Source: an uncultured delta proteobacterium
GTDB taxonomy: Bacteria > Desulfobacterota > Syntrophia > Syntrophales > Smithellaceae
DNA length: 64,000 nt
Direction: 5' to 3'
NCBI GenBank assembly: GCA_963710575.1
Contig: CAVQAL010000010.1
Location: forward strand, 150,531-214,530
Below the pieces are notes generated by a model, which saw nothing but the letters and a program-made list of their open reading frames with translations, was not told where the DNA came from and did not search any database. The translations under genes and the position numbers were made by a program. Below are positions 10,027-22,599 of this stretch, piece after piece; position 1 is the stretch's first letter, and each line of letters opens with the position of its first letter.

Positions 10027-10303
10027 TAGTGATAGTACCCTCAGCGCGTCTCGTTATATCTTATCTTTAGAAAAAAATCTTTTTAAATTTTAAAACCACA
10101 TTGACTAAAGTAATGAGCGCCGGAACTTCAATAAACAAGACGATGTCCTCATGTTTGCAATATGGCTAAATAAAAATAAGTATCAACAATTCTTTTTTGT
10201 AAAGTTAATATATGAAAGAGTAAAAAAAAAGCAATAATGTTCTTGACGGTTATTTCTTTCTTGTTATAGATTTGTTCCGGTGCATAAACAGGATGAAAAA
10301 ATA

Positions 10304-10759
10304 ATGGCTAAAATATTAATCGTTTATCATACACAGACAGGAAAAACTGAAAAGATGGCAAATGCCGTAGCCGTTGGAGCGAAGTCTATCGAAGGAGTAG
10401 AAGTAATTTTGAAGAAGGCCGGGGACGCCACGCTGGAAGATTTATTGACGGCAGATGGATTCGCTCTCGGCACACCTGAAAATTTCGGTTACATGTCCGG
10501 GATGGTGAAGGATTTTTTTGACCGCACTTATTACGGCGCACAGGAAAAAGCTTTCCGCAAACCTTTTGTCGTTTTCATCAGCGCGGGTAATGATGGAACC
10601 GGGGCGCTCAGAGCAATCGAGCGCATTGCGCTGGGATATAAATTCAAAACAGTTTACAAACCGGTTATTGCCAAGGGAGCGATTACGGAAGAAATACTCA
10701 ACCAATGCCATGAACTTGGCGCTACCATTGCCGGCGGCTGCCAGATGGCCATCTATTAA
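10304..10759 (+). CDS. Flavodoxin-like FMN protein
   Basis: MAKILIVYHTQTGKTEKMA matches the flavodoxin phosphate-binding loop. I moved the start from the track GTG at 10280 to ATG 10304 (AGGA upstream). Confidence 0.8.
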   Translation: MAKILIVYHTQTGKTEKMANAVAVGAKSIEGVEVILKKAGDATLEDLLTADGFALGTPENFGYMSGMVKDFFDRTYYGAQEKAFRKPFVVFISAGNDGTGALRAIERIALGYKFKTVYKPVIAKGAITEEILNQCHELGATIAGGCQMAIY

Positions 10760-10815
10760 CTTTTTCCATTCAACAATGACAAGAGTATGGTTAAAAGCAC
10801 AGTGCTACCCTCGCA

Positions 10816-10839
10816 AGCGGCGGAAATATTTCCGCCGCT
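10816..10839. terminator. Bidirectional terminator hairpin between convergent flavodoxin and dodecin genes
   Basis: Perfect 24-nt palindrome AGCGGCGGAAAT|ATTTCCGCCGCT. Confidence 0.65.
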
Positions 10840-10909
10840 GTAATAGTTTTAATTATTGGATTGTCTCCAGCGTCCGGCGCGGCATTGGCGCTTGAGAACT
10901 GAAATTCTT

Positions 10910-11116
10910 CTAAGGTGTGTATTTAAAAGACACTCTTAGTTTGGCGCGATATTCTACCACTTTGCCTTCTTCAATTCTCATATCGAGTTCCTTGACTTCC
11001 GCAACCCTGACTTCCTTCAGACTTTTTGCCGCCAGTTCAACAGCTTTTTTAGCAGCGTCTTCCCATGATTTTTCACTGCCCCCGATAATTTCGATGACTT
11101 TATAAATGCTGCTCAT
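10910..11116 (-). CDS. Dodecin-family flavin-binding protein
   Basis: 68 aa. MSSIYKVIEIIGGSEKSWEDAAKKAVELAAKSLKEVRVAEVKELDMRIEEGKVVEYRAKLRVSFKY is the typical dodecin length and pattern. Confidence 0.8.
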   Translation of the reverse strand: MSSIYKVIEIIGGSEKSWEDAAKKAVELAAKSLKEVRVAEVKELDMRIEEGKVVEYRAKLRVSFKYTP

Positions 11117-11699
11117 AATTCTTCTCCTTTCTGTTTAATGAGTTGAAAAGAATAAACGTTTCACACCAGCTTTTCAGCCGATAATAATGGATAACACAAG
11201 CAGTCCATTAAACCGATTATGGTAAAAAAACAGCATCCGAATCATATAAGCAAAGCAATGGCAAAGACCAAATGAAAGCAAACTGAACAAACAATATAGC
11301 GATGAGAATATCTATTTTGAAATCAGATAATACCGTTGAGGATCAAATCACACAGGTGAAGGAAAAATTACTCAGAGAAATAAAAATAACAATTCATTTG
11401 TTTAATTATATCTCTTTTTTAAAAAATATCAATCAGAGAATATGAACTATTTGCTACTTATAACAAGCCGAGCGGTTGATATTTATAGAGGAACAATGAT
11501 CGCTGGTCAGTCATGATATGCCTCTGTTTTGATTCCTTTTTCGTATAAATATCTTATAATAAGGCATTAATTAAGGTGATGCCGGGCATCATTATCAATA
11601 ACTGTGTGAAATGGATTGTAGCGGCTTTTATCACATAGGGACGTATTGTCCGTTTCGTTCCTATTTATGAAGCGGAACCTATTTCTGAACAAGGCTGTC

Positions 11700-13352
<1,653 letters not shown>

Positions 13353-13451
13353 TCAAACTCTCCATGTATATTATGATGTGTAAAAGCATCAAAGTTACCC
13401 AGCCGTTCATCTTTCAATGGGTAGCTCTATTTCCCCGATATGGCCCATTGT

Positions 13452-16400
13452 TTAATTCTGCCGGCCAGTAACTTCCACCGGCTCGCTGAACAAATCAATA
13501 AGCGGTATTTTTTCCAGATAATTATCATCCCAGACAACGTTATATTCATTGACCAGATTCCGGATATCATTGTAACGGTAACCCAAAACTTCTTTCTTTT
13601 TGCCTGCAGACAGAAGTTCATTGTAGTCCACATGGAGCAAAACGAGATTGCTGACAAATTCATTTTCTCCCCAAATAGGTAAGATAACGATCGCTGCTCC
13701 ATCCGCTTTGCCTTTCCCGATATAAGCATGTCCTGTACTGACAATAGTCCTTTTCGTGCCCATCAACATTGTAGAAGATTCCGCCCGCGATTTCATGTCC
13801 TTGGCCACTCCGCCCTTTTTGCGTATCGTAATGGTCGAACCTTCAGCGGGATTGCCCTGCGCATCAAGATTGTTAATAGCATAAATGGTGTATCCCCGCA
13901 CGGTGGAAATGGCCGGCTGGATTCTGCTTACAGTCAGTACATTTCTGTAGGTCAGATCTTTGGCGGCAAATTTCAACTTCTCCAGCAGGTCGAAAATAAT
14001 TCCTTTGAGTTCCTTTTCTTTGCGGCTTGTGCCTACGGTAACCGTTTTGGCCTGATGACGTATCGCGTCTATGGGTCTCGTCAATTCATCAACCGCTCGA
14101 CCCAAGGTAACATCCAGAAGATCGAGAGGAGAGGCAAAATCTTCATCAGTCTTAAATTCATGGCGAAAATCTTCCAGCGGTAATTTGCCTGCGGCGTACT
14201 TCGCCAGAAGCACGATATCCGAAATTGTCCGGACGCCCAGCAAATTGAAAGCCCCATCATTGCGATGATGATTGAAATTATGATAGAACTCATTAACGAT
14301 GCGGCGAAACTGAGCATCCGCAATTCTTTCATAAAGAGAATAATTCATTTTTAACTGACGGGCCATAGCCAGATTAAGATCATTTCTGAATTCCCGAAAG
14401 ATAGCGCTTCTTCGTCTATGGCGCAGGCGGCATAATAACCCCATAGATGTCCCGCCATGGTATTGATGATCACTGGCAGCGGCATGGCTGCCACCGGGAG
14501 AGAAATTACAGCATCGGCAATCTTATCGAAACGATCATCACCTTCATCGGCAAAAACAATGACCGCGGCCTTATGCGCTTTAAATATAGCCACATCCTTG
14601 GCGATATCTTCCGCGACTGCGTCTAGGACTGCCGGCGGCGCAAACCAGAATCAAAGGTTCCGCCGATAGATCAATGTGTTTTTTATTTTCAATAATATCG
14701 GAGGAAATAGTTTTGTAACATAATTCACTTAGTTTGATTCGAATCTCATCAGCCGCCGCTTTGTTGGGCCCGCTGCCCACTATCGCCCAGAATTTCTTTG
14801 CGGGGGCTTTTTTCACACAGGCGGAAATTTGATTCCTTCTGGCAAAAACTCTCTCCATCAGCTGAGGCGCTCCTTCCAGATTACGTAATTCCGCCGCGAT
14901 GTAATCATCCCTGCGGGTGCCTAAAAGCTGAGCAAAGAAAAGGGCCAGAACATGGCCGGCAATAATTTGGGAATAAAAGGCTTTGGTGGAAGCAACCGAC
15001 ATTTCAATATCGCGTCCATCACTAGTGTAAAATACGCCATGCGATTTGGCGGTGATGTCCGATTGCCTCCGATTGACGATGGAAATGATAAAAGCGCCGC
15101 GCTCTTTGGCCATGGCTACGGCGCGATTTGTATCTGTTGTTGTTCCGGACTGGGTAATGGGGATAACCAGAGAATCGGATAAATCATCCTTTAAGAAAAA
15201 TCCGCTCAGTTCGGAAGCCACTTTGCACATTATATTAATGTTCTTGTTTTTTAAATAACGTTCCAAAGCGTCAGCCACTGCCGCACCGGCGACAGCTGCC
15301 GTTCCATGACCAATGACAATTACATTTTTGATCATACCGTTTTGGAGTTTTAAGCGAACATCTGCCGGAACAATATCTTCACCTAAATTGAAAATGACCT
15401 GCGGCAAAGAATTGTCCTTGGCGGTGAGAAGATATTTACCCCGCAGGGTCCTTTTAATCGAAATTGCAGATTCGGAAATTTCCTTGAGAAAGAAGTGGGA
15501 ATGATCGCCACGGTCAATATCACGCGTTGTAATTTCCGCTTTCTGTAAACCACTATCTTTTAAATTAATTTGGGTGCCATCGTAATAGTAGCCTCTTGCT
15601 CCTTCCAGACCTCCCGATGAGGCTTGATTCAAGATAAATATTTGGCCAGTTGTCCTGCTTTCACCACTTGCGGCTTCTTCACCATTCATTTTGATAAAAT
15701 GAGGCGTCACTTCCACCAACCCATAGAGTTCCGAAGAAAACATGTATTGATCAGAACTGATCCCTATATAAATGGATTGGCCGCTGCCCTTGAGCGCTAG
15801 AAACATTTTGCCTGGTTCGAGATCACTAGACATAGCTATCGCGTGTGAACCTTCAAAATCATTCAAGGCTAAGCGAAACGATTCGGTAAGATCATTACCG
15901 GCTTTCAAATATTTCTCGATTTGCAGGGGAATAATTTTTGTATCAGTTGTAACTTCCGGAGCAATCAGCTCCTTATCTGCTGAAAGCCCGGATCGTAATG
16001 CAGGGTAGTTGTCAATATCGCCATTTAAAACAACATTAATATGCGCTATGGAACTTTGATAAAAAGGAAAGTATGGATTTTTTTGATCAAGTTTATAATT
16101 ATTGACCGGATGACAATTTTCTTCTGTTATAGAACCGACAGAAGCCCAGCGGGTATGTGTTAGTGCCGTTTCGCATGTCGTGTCCATTTGAGCAAAATAT
16201 TGGAAGATTTTATCATTTTTAATGATTTGTCTTAAATCTCTGACATTGCGCCCCAGTTCGCCGACGATGGAAAATGTTTTGTAGGTAAAAGTTACGGTTG
16301 TTCTTTTTTCATCAGTGTAAAATACATGAGAAGCAATCCCGATCGAACCGTTTACAATATCTCCTTCCTGTGACCGCGTTAAATAATCTTCGTATAAGTC

Positions 16401-17165
16401 TTGTTTTCTCAGATTAAGCAATATGCTTTCCATGTCTTTTTCTTTTTCCAGAGTAAAGACAATTTGCAGTCCGGCGGAATCTCTGCCCCGAACTTCCAGA
16501 CGATCCAGCGCATTGAGCAATAAATTGATTTGCCGGTATTTTTTGAAAGCCGCCGGATTGATTGCGGTTGCTTTTTTCTCGCCGGAAAGATCGAGAATTT
16601 TTGCAAAATTAGCCAGGACATCTTTCTCTAAAATCCACTGGATATCTTTGAGGAGAACAATCCGGCTGTTAATAATTTCCAGATCTGCGGAAGAAAATTT
16701 GGCGGCGTTATCTTCCAGCATTTTTTCTTCTTGGGCTAAAAACAATCTCATTTTTTCAACCAACCCGAAAAGCTTTTTGGCTCTTCCGGTCTGGAAGAAA
16801 AGAATTTTTTGCGTACTTTCCCGCTTCAGATCCAATGCGGTTTCTTCCATGGAGTTGAGTGTTTCTAATCCACTTAAGTATGCTTCAGTGGTAATCTTTC
16901 CGGTCAAAGCATTTTTTAAATCGGAACTTTTTATTTTTTCCCACAGAGACGTAAACGCTAGATCGTCAGTTAAATCTGTGGATTTTTTATTGGATTGGAA
17001 AGTCATTAATCCGGCAAAGCCGCAGTTAAGTTGGGAAGTCATAACCGGGAAAAAAATTATTGCCGGAGCGGAAACGTTTGTTGGGTGTTTGCCTATAAAG
17101 ACTTGACAGACTGCAAGAAACCGCCCTATATTTTTTATGGTATTGAGGATTCGCGAGATAAACAT
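13452..17165 (-). pseudogene. Giant GlmS-like class-II glutamine amidotransferase/SIS protein (about 1237 codons), interrupted by two compensating frameshifts (or sequence errors)
   Basis: Track ORFs 14580..17165, 14351..14593 and 13452..14444 read as one protein. In order: LNCGFAGL (Ntn-Cys box), an insert of about 190 aa, LEVRGRDSAGL, HTRWASVG, two SIS-like regions (VIVIGHGTAAVAG; WAIVGSGPNKAAADE), a GlmS-tail-like IRHQAKTVTVGTSR, then about 200 extra residues. The first and third ORFs share a frame; the middle one does not. Confidence 0.65.
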
Positions 17166-18448
17166 TATTTTTCTTTCTGCCTATGAGTGTGAGAATTATT
17201 TATACACTTCGTCATAATGTTCTCAGTAATATCTTTTAACCAGTCAGTGCCTTCACGCGTTTGCGCAGGCGTTAACAACTGTATTGCTTCCAGATAAGAG
17301 TTGCCTTTATTGGACAAACGCTGCATTCTTTTTAAGAAGGAATCTCTTTTCTTCCGCCCGATTTTTTCTTCATTATTGCCGGAAAGATATGCTTTCATTT
17401 GCGGCCAATCCTGCAAAAACTGTTTTTGAGTATGCGACACGCTGTCCGGGTATATTTTTTTCATTTTTTTTGTGACTATTTCCATGGAAGTTTCCATGTT
17501 CTGTGCAAACAGGCTCAGTTGTTTGATTCTTTCAGAAATGGCTTCATTTAAAATTTTGCAGGCTCCGGAATAAATGGCATCGCCATACGTTTCTCTTATA
17601 AAAAACTCGCGGCGCACGTATCGATACCATTGTTTTAAGGCCGATAAACTAGCGATATACTCTATATTACGCTTAACTTTTCGAATAATATCGCCTCCGT
17701 AGGCTCCGGCAACAAACCCTTTTTTCTTTTCCAGGAAAGCTGGGGATGACCAAAGTATTCCTTCAGTCTTAAAATCCTGCCGGCAAATAATACCCGCGGG
17801 AATCACCGTTCCATAATCAATTTGCACCGGCCCCACAATGCCACCCTGGCCGCCCAGGAATATCGGTGGTTCCCGCAGCATGACGCCGCGCGGCACATCA
17901 CCGATTAGAGAAGGAGTCGCTTTGTCTTGCCTGGGAGTATAATTGAAATGGATATAGGAACTGCCCACTTCACTATGATTCCTCCGGCTAGTCCCTCCCG
18001 CCATCAGGCAATCACAAAAATTAACCAGGCTTCCCAACTGAACAAAAGGGAAAAGGATTGTTTGTTTCAAGCCGACACAGTGGTTTCCGCCGGATTCTTC
18101 TTCCAAAAGGCAGCCGGTACGAACCTGTGCGTTGCTGCCCATTGTCGCTTTATTCAAAAAAACAGAATTGGTAAAATATCCGCCCCTTAATTCAACCGAT
18201 GCGCCCAGTTGACAATCAATTAAAGTAACCGGCGCTTCATATCCCAGTTTTACATCTTGGGCAATCAATGTATTTTCGCCGTAAATTCTTGCTGCGCCAT
18301 AAATTATTGAAGAACCGGCAATCCTCTCCAGATTTACCTCATCGCCGATTTCCACAGAAAAAGGGGTCGTCATCCGGACCCCTTTTTTTAAGAGACAAAT
18401 TATCTTTTGAGGTAGAGTTACAGTTTTCTTAATGGTTCCAATAGTCAT
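17165..18448 (-). CDS. Left-handed beta-helix (hexapeptide-like) protein with helical C-terminal half; sugar-nucleotide transferase-like
   Basis: 427 aa. The N-terminal 250 aa or so show the short-repeat, Gly-turn pattern typical of LbH proteins. Its stop overlaps the downstream start (TAATG at 17165). An alternative start is ATG 18373. Confidence 0.45.
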   Translation of the reverse strand: MTIGTIKKTVTLPQKIICLLKKGVRMTTPFSVEIGDEVNLERIAGSSIIYGAARIYGENTLIAQDVKLGYEAPVTLIDCQLGASVELRGGYFTNSVFLNKATMGSNAQVRTGCLLEEESGGNHCVGLKQTILFPFVQLGSLVNFCDCLMAGGTSRRNHSEVGSSYIHFNYTPRQDKATPSLIGDVPRGVMLREPPIFLGGQGGIVGPVQIDYGTVIPAGIICRQDFKTEGILWSSPAFLEKKKGFVAGAYGGDIIRKVKRNIEYIASLSALKQWYRYVRREFFIRETYGDAIYSGACKILNEAISERIKQLSLFAQNMETSMEIVTKKMKKIYPDSVSHTQKQFLQDWPQMKAYLSGNNEEKIGRKKRDSFLKRMQRLSNKGNSYLEAIQLLTPAQTREGTDWLKDITENIMTKCINNSHTHRQKEK

Positions 18449-18465
18449 AAATGTTTTTTAGACGG

Positions 18466-18801
18466 CTATTTATTATTTTTTCCACAGCTAATACCTAGTT
18501 TAGCCATTTTGTCGGTAAAAGTGTTGCGGCTTATGCCTAAAAAAACTGCTGCCGAACTTTTTACGCCATTTGACCGGCGCAGAGCAATTTTAAATAGACC
18601 CTTCTCCACCATATTCATAACTTCTTCGTAAAGCTTGCTTTTGCGATCACCGGAAGAAGATAAAATTATGGCAATATCTTCCAGTTTTTTCCCCATTATT
18701 TCTTCGACAGCCGCATAAGGGGTTGCCTTCACATTCATAACAATTTCTGATTTATTCTGCTTTTTCGACCGCATTTTTTGAAGCTTACTCCTTTCGGACA
18801 A
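18466..18801 (-). CDS. Small Fis-type helix-turn-helix DNA-binding protein
   Basis: 111 aa. C-terminal ..ALRRSNGVKSSAAVFLGISRNTFTDKMAKLGI matches the Fis/NtrC-type HTH pattern. It is the first gene of the 18801-13452 minus-strand cluster. Confidence 0.55.
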   Translation of the reverse strand: MSERSKLQKMRSKKQNKSEIVMNVKATPYAAVEEIMGKKLEDIAIILSSSGDRKSKLYEEVMNMVEKGLFKIALRRSNGVKSSAAVFLGISRNTFTDKMAKLGISCGKNNK

Positions 18802-18841
18802 AATTTACTAAAAAGACAAAAAATATATTTAAAAAACATGA

Positions 18842-19372
18842 TTAATCGCAAATGTAAGCTGATATCAATTTTAAAATTATAAAGGCAACACTTATTAACA
18901 CAGCGAACCAACACATAACAATCAGAGAACGTCGTTCGACAGGATGATCTAAATAATTCTTAACTTCCGTCTCAACTCTTTCATTGCCTAGTTTATCCAC
19001 AAGAGAACGAATAAGTAAAGCATGGTTTTCTAATAAGTTGGAAAAAAAATAAAAACCCTTGGTTGTTGTTAGTAGAAAATAGATTTTATTGCGCAGATTA
19101 ACAACATCTAAATGTGTAATTTCCGTCCAGACAAATTCTTTTGTCCGGAAAAACTTCTCTATTTTTAAGCTCTCGTTAGTTATAATAATTTTTCTCTTTG
19201 TTGCTTCAATAGCAATAATCAAGGTACTGGCAAAGGAAACAGCCAGAACAATTTTCTCCCACATTTGACCTCTAAATAAACTGAGTAAAAACAAAAAGAA
19301 AAGAAGAACAACAATTGTATTGAAAGGTGCGAGGAATGCTTGCTTGATTTTAAAAATATTTTGCTCCATCAT
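18842..19372 (-). CDS. Membrane protein, TM pairs flanking a PH-like segment; function unknown
   Basis: 176 aa with two N-terminal TM segments and one C-terminal TM segment. No catalytic motif recognised. Confidence 0.4.
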   Translation of the reverse strand: MMEQNIFKIKQAFLAPFNTIVVLLFFLFLLSLFRGQMWEKIVLAVSFASTLIIAIEATKRKIIITNESLKIEKFFRTKEFVWTEITHLDVVNLRNKIYFLLTTTKGFYFFSNLLENHALLIRSLVDKLGNERVETEVKNYLDHPVERRSLIVMCWFAVLISVAFIILKLISAYICD

Positions 19373-19904
19373 TTAGCTTCCTGATTTAATGTGATTTGTT
19401 ACCAAAACTATCAAATATTGTTTTTCTGTATGGTTTCCTTTGCATCGAACCACTGGTCTTATACCCTCTGATGGAGCTGGAGAATTCCAAGTCGCGGGAT
19501 TGAATCAATTGATTTTAGAGAACTTTAGCATAGGCCAATTAATGAGTCAAGAAACGTAAATATTTTTTTGGAAATTTTTTTGGTTTGTCCTGATTAAGAG
19601 TCCTTGTCTAGGGTTTACTCCCTTCATTGTTGTTAATCACGGGTATGAATCTCAAGGCAATTCCTTGTTCCAATTTCGTTCCATATTGTTATATTCTGAT
19701 AATTATGGTATATTTTAAAAGATAGTTACAATTTTGTTACTGCCCGAATCCATGTAGATATATAGTCGAAATCATGTGGCACTGCCAAAAATCACGGCGG
19801 TTAAGGGAAATAGCAGATCTCAACCCAATAGCATCGCAAACAACAGGTTTGCTTGGCTTGATAAAAGTAAATCGGACAATTAACCATAAATCATTAGGTA
19901 CATC

Positions 19905-22484
19905 ATGAAGCTGAATCTGTTGACACTGAAGTTTTCAGGGGAATCATCAACCCTCGAAGCGCCATTTCTGAGAAATTACTTCCGGGTGTCACTTCCCCAA
20001 GTCCGCCTATCTCTAATATTGGGAGCGTTTGTTTACGCTGCTTTCGGCAATTTGGACGCGTTACTAATGCCCGAACAGAAATCCACCATATGGTTTATTC
20101 GTTTTGTTGTCACTTGTCCTGTGTTTATAGGTACTTTTCTAATGTCGTTTTCCAAGTCCTTTGAACGATATATGCAACCTCTTCTGATGAGTAATCTTAT
20201 TCTGGCCGGTGCTGGCATTGTCGATATGATTATAATTGCTCCAACACCGATCAATTATTATTATTATGCCGGCCTTATACTTGTTTTCATGTGGGGGTAC
20301 ACTTTCGTTTGTGTTCGGTTCCTCTGGGCTTCATTAGCCGGATGGGTGCAAGTGGCATTATACGAAATTGCCGCTATCTGGATCAGTCCAATGCCCTATA
20401 ACGTTCTGATCAGCAACAACTTCTTTTTCATCAGCGCAAATGCCATAGGAATGCTTGCCTGTTATTCCATTGAATTTTATGCCCGGCGTGATTATTTCCT
20501 GACTCGACAGTTGGAGCTTGAGAGGGAAAAGATTAGTCAGATTAATCAGGAACTAGAAAGGCGTGTGGAAAAAAGAACAGCGGATTATCGGATCATTAAT
20601 CGAGCGCTGGAAAAGGAAATTGCCGGACACAGGCAGGCGGAGTCCCAAAGGGAGGCTGCACTCGAAGCGTTGCGGGAAAGCGAGGAGCGGTATCGGGTAT
20701 TGGTGGAAGATGCGAACGATATGGTTTTTAGGACGGACAAAAACGGACTTTTCACCTTCGTAAATTCGTCGACGATACGTATTACAGGATACGAGGAAGA
20801 GGCTATTATTGGGAAGCATTATCCTACATTTATCCGTTCGGATATGCGTGATGAAGCCGTTAAGTTTTTCGGCCGTCAGTTCGTAAAGGGGATTAAAAAT
20901 ACATATTCAGAATATCCCATTATTACAAAGGATGGCAGTGAAGTTTGGCTTGGACAGAATACCCAGCTGATCATGGAAGATGGCAATGTTACAGGCTTTC
21001 AGGCGGTGTCCCGCGATATCACCGAACGCAAACGGTTGGAAAAGGAATTGAAGCACAGCGAAGAAAGATACCGTGAACTGAGTATTATCGATGACCTCAC
21101 CCAACTTTATAATGCCAGGCATTTTTACCAGCAGCTTAAAATGGAAATCGACCGGCTGGACCGCCATGAATATCCATTAACCCTTCTCCTGATTGATTTA
21201 GATGATTTCAAGGTGTTCAACGATACTTACGGCCATATTGAGGGAGACCAGGTCTTATTACGGCTCGGCCAGATAATAAAAAGATGTCTTCGCAAGGCAG
21301 ATTCCGCCTATCGTTATGGCGGTGAGGAATTTACGATCATTCTGCCCATGACAACAAGCGAAGAAGGCATCGTTATTGCGGAAAGAATCAAAGAGGAATT
21401 AAAAAAAGAGAATTTTTCTCCAGTGCCTGATAAACACGTCCATCTTACAGTAAGCATAGGGCTTTCGCAGTACAAGAAACAGGAAGACATGAAGGTCTTT
21501 GTTAGCCGGGTTGATCATCTCATGTATCAGGGTAAAAAGGACGGAAAAGACAGGATTTGTTCAGAGTCATATCTTCAAGAGAGAAGAAATAACGAAGTGA
21601 AGAATATAAAAAATTACCTGATGTCGTTTGTGGAACGGGGAGGCCCTGAACCAAGTGAGTATATTGAGCTCAACGATCACTTTTATTCTATAAACTCCAT
21701 GCTTAAAGAGAGTAAGATTTCTCGCGCTCAAATCAGGGAGTTGTGGGCGGCTTGCGGGGAAGCCTTTTCGGAAGGTACCATGCAGGGATTTGTGTGCAAA
21801 AACCCCCATGGTTATCACGGTGATTATGAAATAATGGATAAAATTTATATGGAATGGATTTCATCTCAAAAACATCTTGAAAATTGGGATAAGTTTTTTC
21901 ATTGGCAGGCTGCACCCAAAGCGGTGCGAAACAGGAAAGAATATTTTAAGAGCCTATTATCTGAAATTGACAAATCACCGGTTATAGAACCGGCTGTGTT
22001 AAATATAGGTAGCGGCCCATGTCGTGATATTTATGAATACAAATGTGAACATCCACTTTCAAAGATACATTTTGATTGTCTGGATGTGGATTCGAATGCC
22101 ATAAAATATGCCAAACAACTGCTCAATGGTTCGGATGTTACTTTCTTTTGTGAAAATGCGTTTCGTTTCCGTTCGGAAAAACGATACGACTTAATCTGGT
22201 CTGCGGGATTTTTTGATTATCTTGACAATGAAAAGTTTATATTCTTACTGCGCTCATTAATGAAAATGTTAACAATAAATGGCAAAATGACTATTAGCAA
22301 TTTTTCAACATTAAATCCATCAAGAGATTATATGGAATTTGGGGAATGGTTTTTATTTCATAGGGACATGGACAATTTGACTGAATTGGCCGGTAAAGCG
22401 GGCGCTGATCCTTGTTCAGTTTCAATTGAATCCGAGGAAACAGGGGTTAATCTATTCTTAACAATAGGCAATAACGACGTATAG
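19905..22484 (+). CDS. Membrane sensor: multi-TM domain, PAS, GGDEF diguanylate cyclase, and a C-terminal class-I SAM methyltransferase-like domain
   Basis: 859 aa. About 6 TM in the first 190 aa, a coiled coil, a PAS-like region (ERYRVLVEDANDMVFRTDKNG..), GGDEF with YRYGGEEFTIILP, then LNIGSGPCRDIYEY .. DLIWSAGFFDYLDNEKF (MTase motifs I and post-II). Confidence 0.85.
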   Translation: MKLNLLTLKFSGESSTLEAPFLRNYFRVSLPQVRLSLILGAFVYAAFGNLDALLMPEQKSTIWFIRFVVTCPVFIGTFLMSFSKSFERYMQPLLMSNLILAGAGIVDMIIIAPTPINYYYYAGLILVFMWGYTFVCVRFLWASLAGWVQVALYEIAAIWISPMPYNVLISNNFFFISANAIGMLACYSIEFYARRDYFLTRQLELEREKISQINQELERRVEKRTADYRIINRALEKEIAGHRQAESQREAALEALRESEERYRVLVEDANDMVFRTDKNGLFTFVNSSTIRITGYEEEAIIGKHYPTFIRSDMRDEAVKFFGRQFVKGIKNTYSEYPIITKDGSEVWLGQNTQLIMEDGNVTGFQAVSRDITERKRLEKELKHSEERYRELSIIDDLTQLYNARHFYQQLKMEIDRLDRHEYPLTLLLIDLDDFKVFNDTYGHIEGDQVLLRLGQIIKRCLRKADSAYRYGGEEFTIILPMTTSEEGIVIAERIKEELKKENFSPVPDKHVHLTVSIGLSQYKKQEDMKVFVSRVDHLMYQGKKDGKDRICSESYLQERRNNEVKNIKNYLMSFVERGGPEPSEYIELNDHFYSINSMLKESKISRAQIRELWAACGEAFSEGTMQGFVCKNPHGYHGDYEIMDKIYMEWISSQKHLENWDKFFHWQAAPKAVRNRKEYFKSLLSEIDKSPVIEPAVLNIGSGPCRDIYEYKCEHPLSKIHFDCLDVDSNAIKYAKQLLNGSDVTFFCENAFRFRSEKRYDLIWSAGFFDYLDNEKFIFLLRSLMKMLTINGKMTISNFSTLNPSRDYMEFGEWFLFHRDMDNLTELAGKAGADPCSVSIESEETGVNLFLTIGNNDV

Positions 22485-22599
22485 AGGATCACATAACAAC
22501 CGTCGCACTTATTTCATTATCGAAAGGGGACTAATTAATCAAATAAACCATTTCTTTAAGGAAATGTCTTGATATAAAGATTTAGATTCGCTAGTATTT

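Noticed and set aside
10280-11116. Flavodoxin and dodecin as a dedicated flavin-handling module.
   Set aside because: The genes are convergent and separated by a strong bidirectional terminator, so they are not co-transcribed. Adjacency alone is not evidence of a system.
11117-11699. A 580-bp gene-free gap between dodecin and pyrG. I scanned it for an ncRNA, a riboswitch or a small ORF; a 49-codon ORF starts near 11302.
   Set aside because: I could find no convincing conserved structure, promoter/terminator pair or RBS. The small ORF lacks an RBS. I left the gap unannotated rather than guess.
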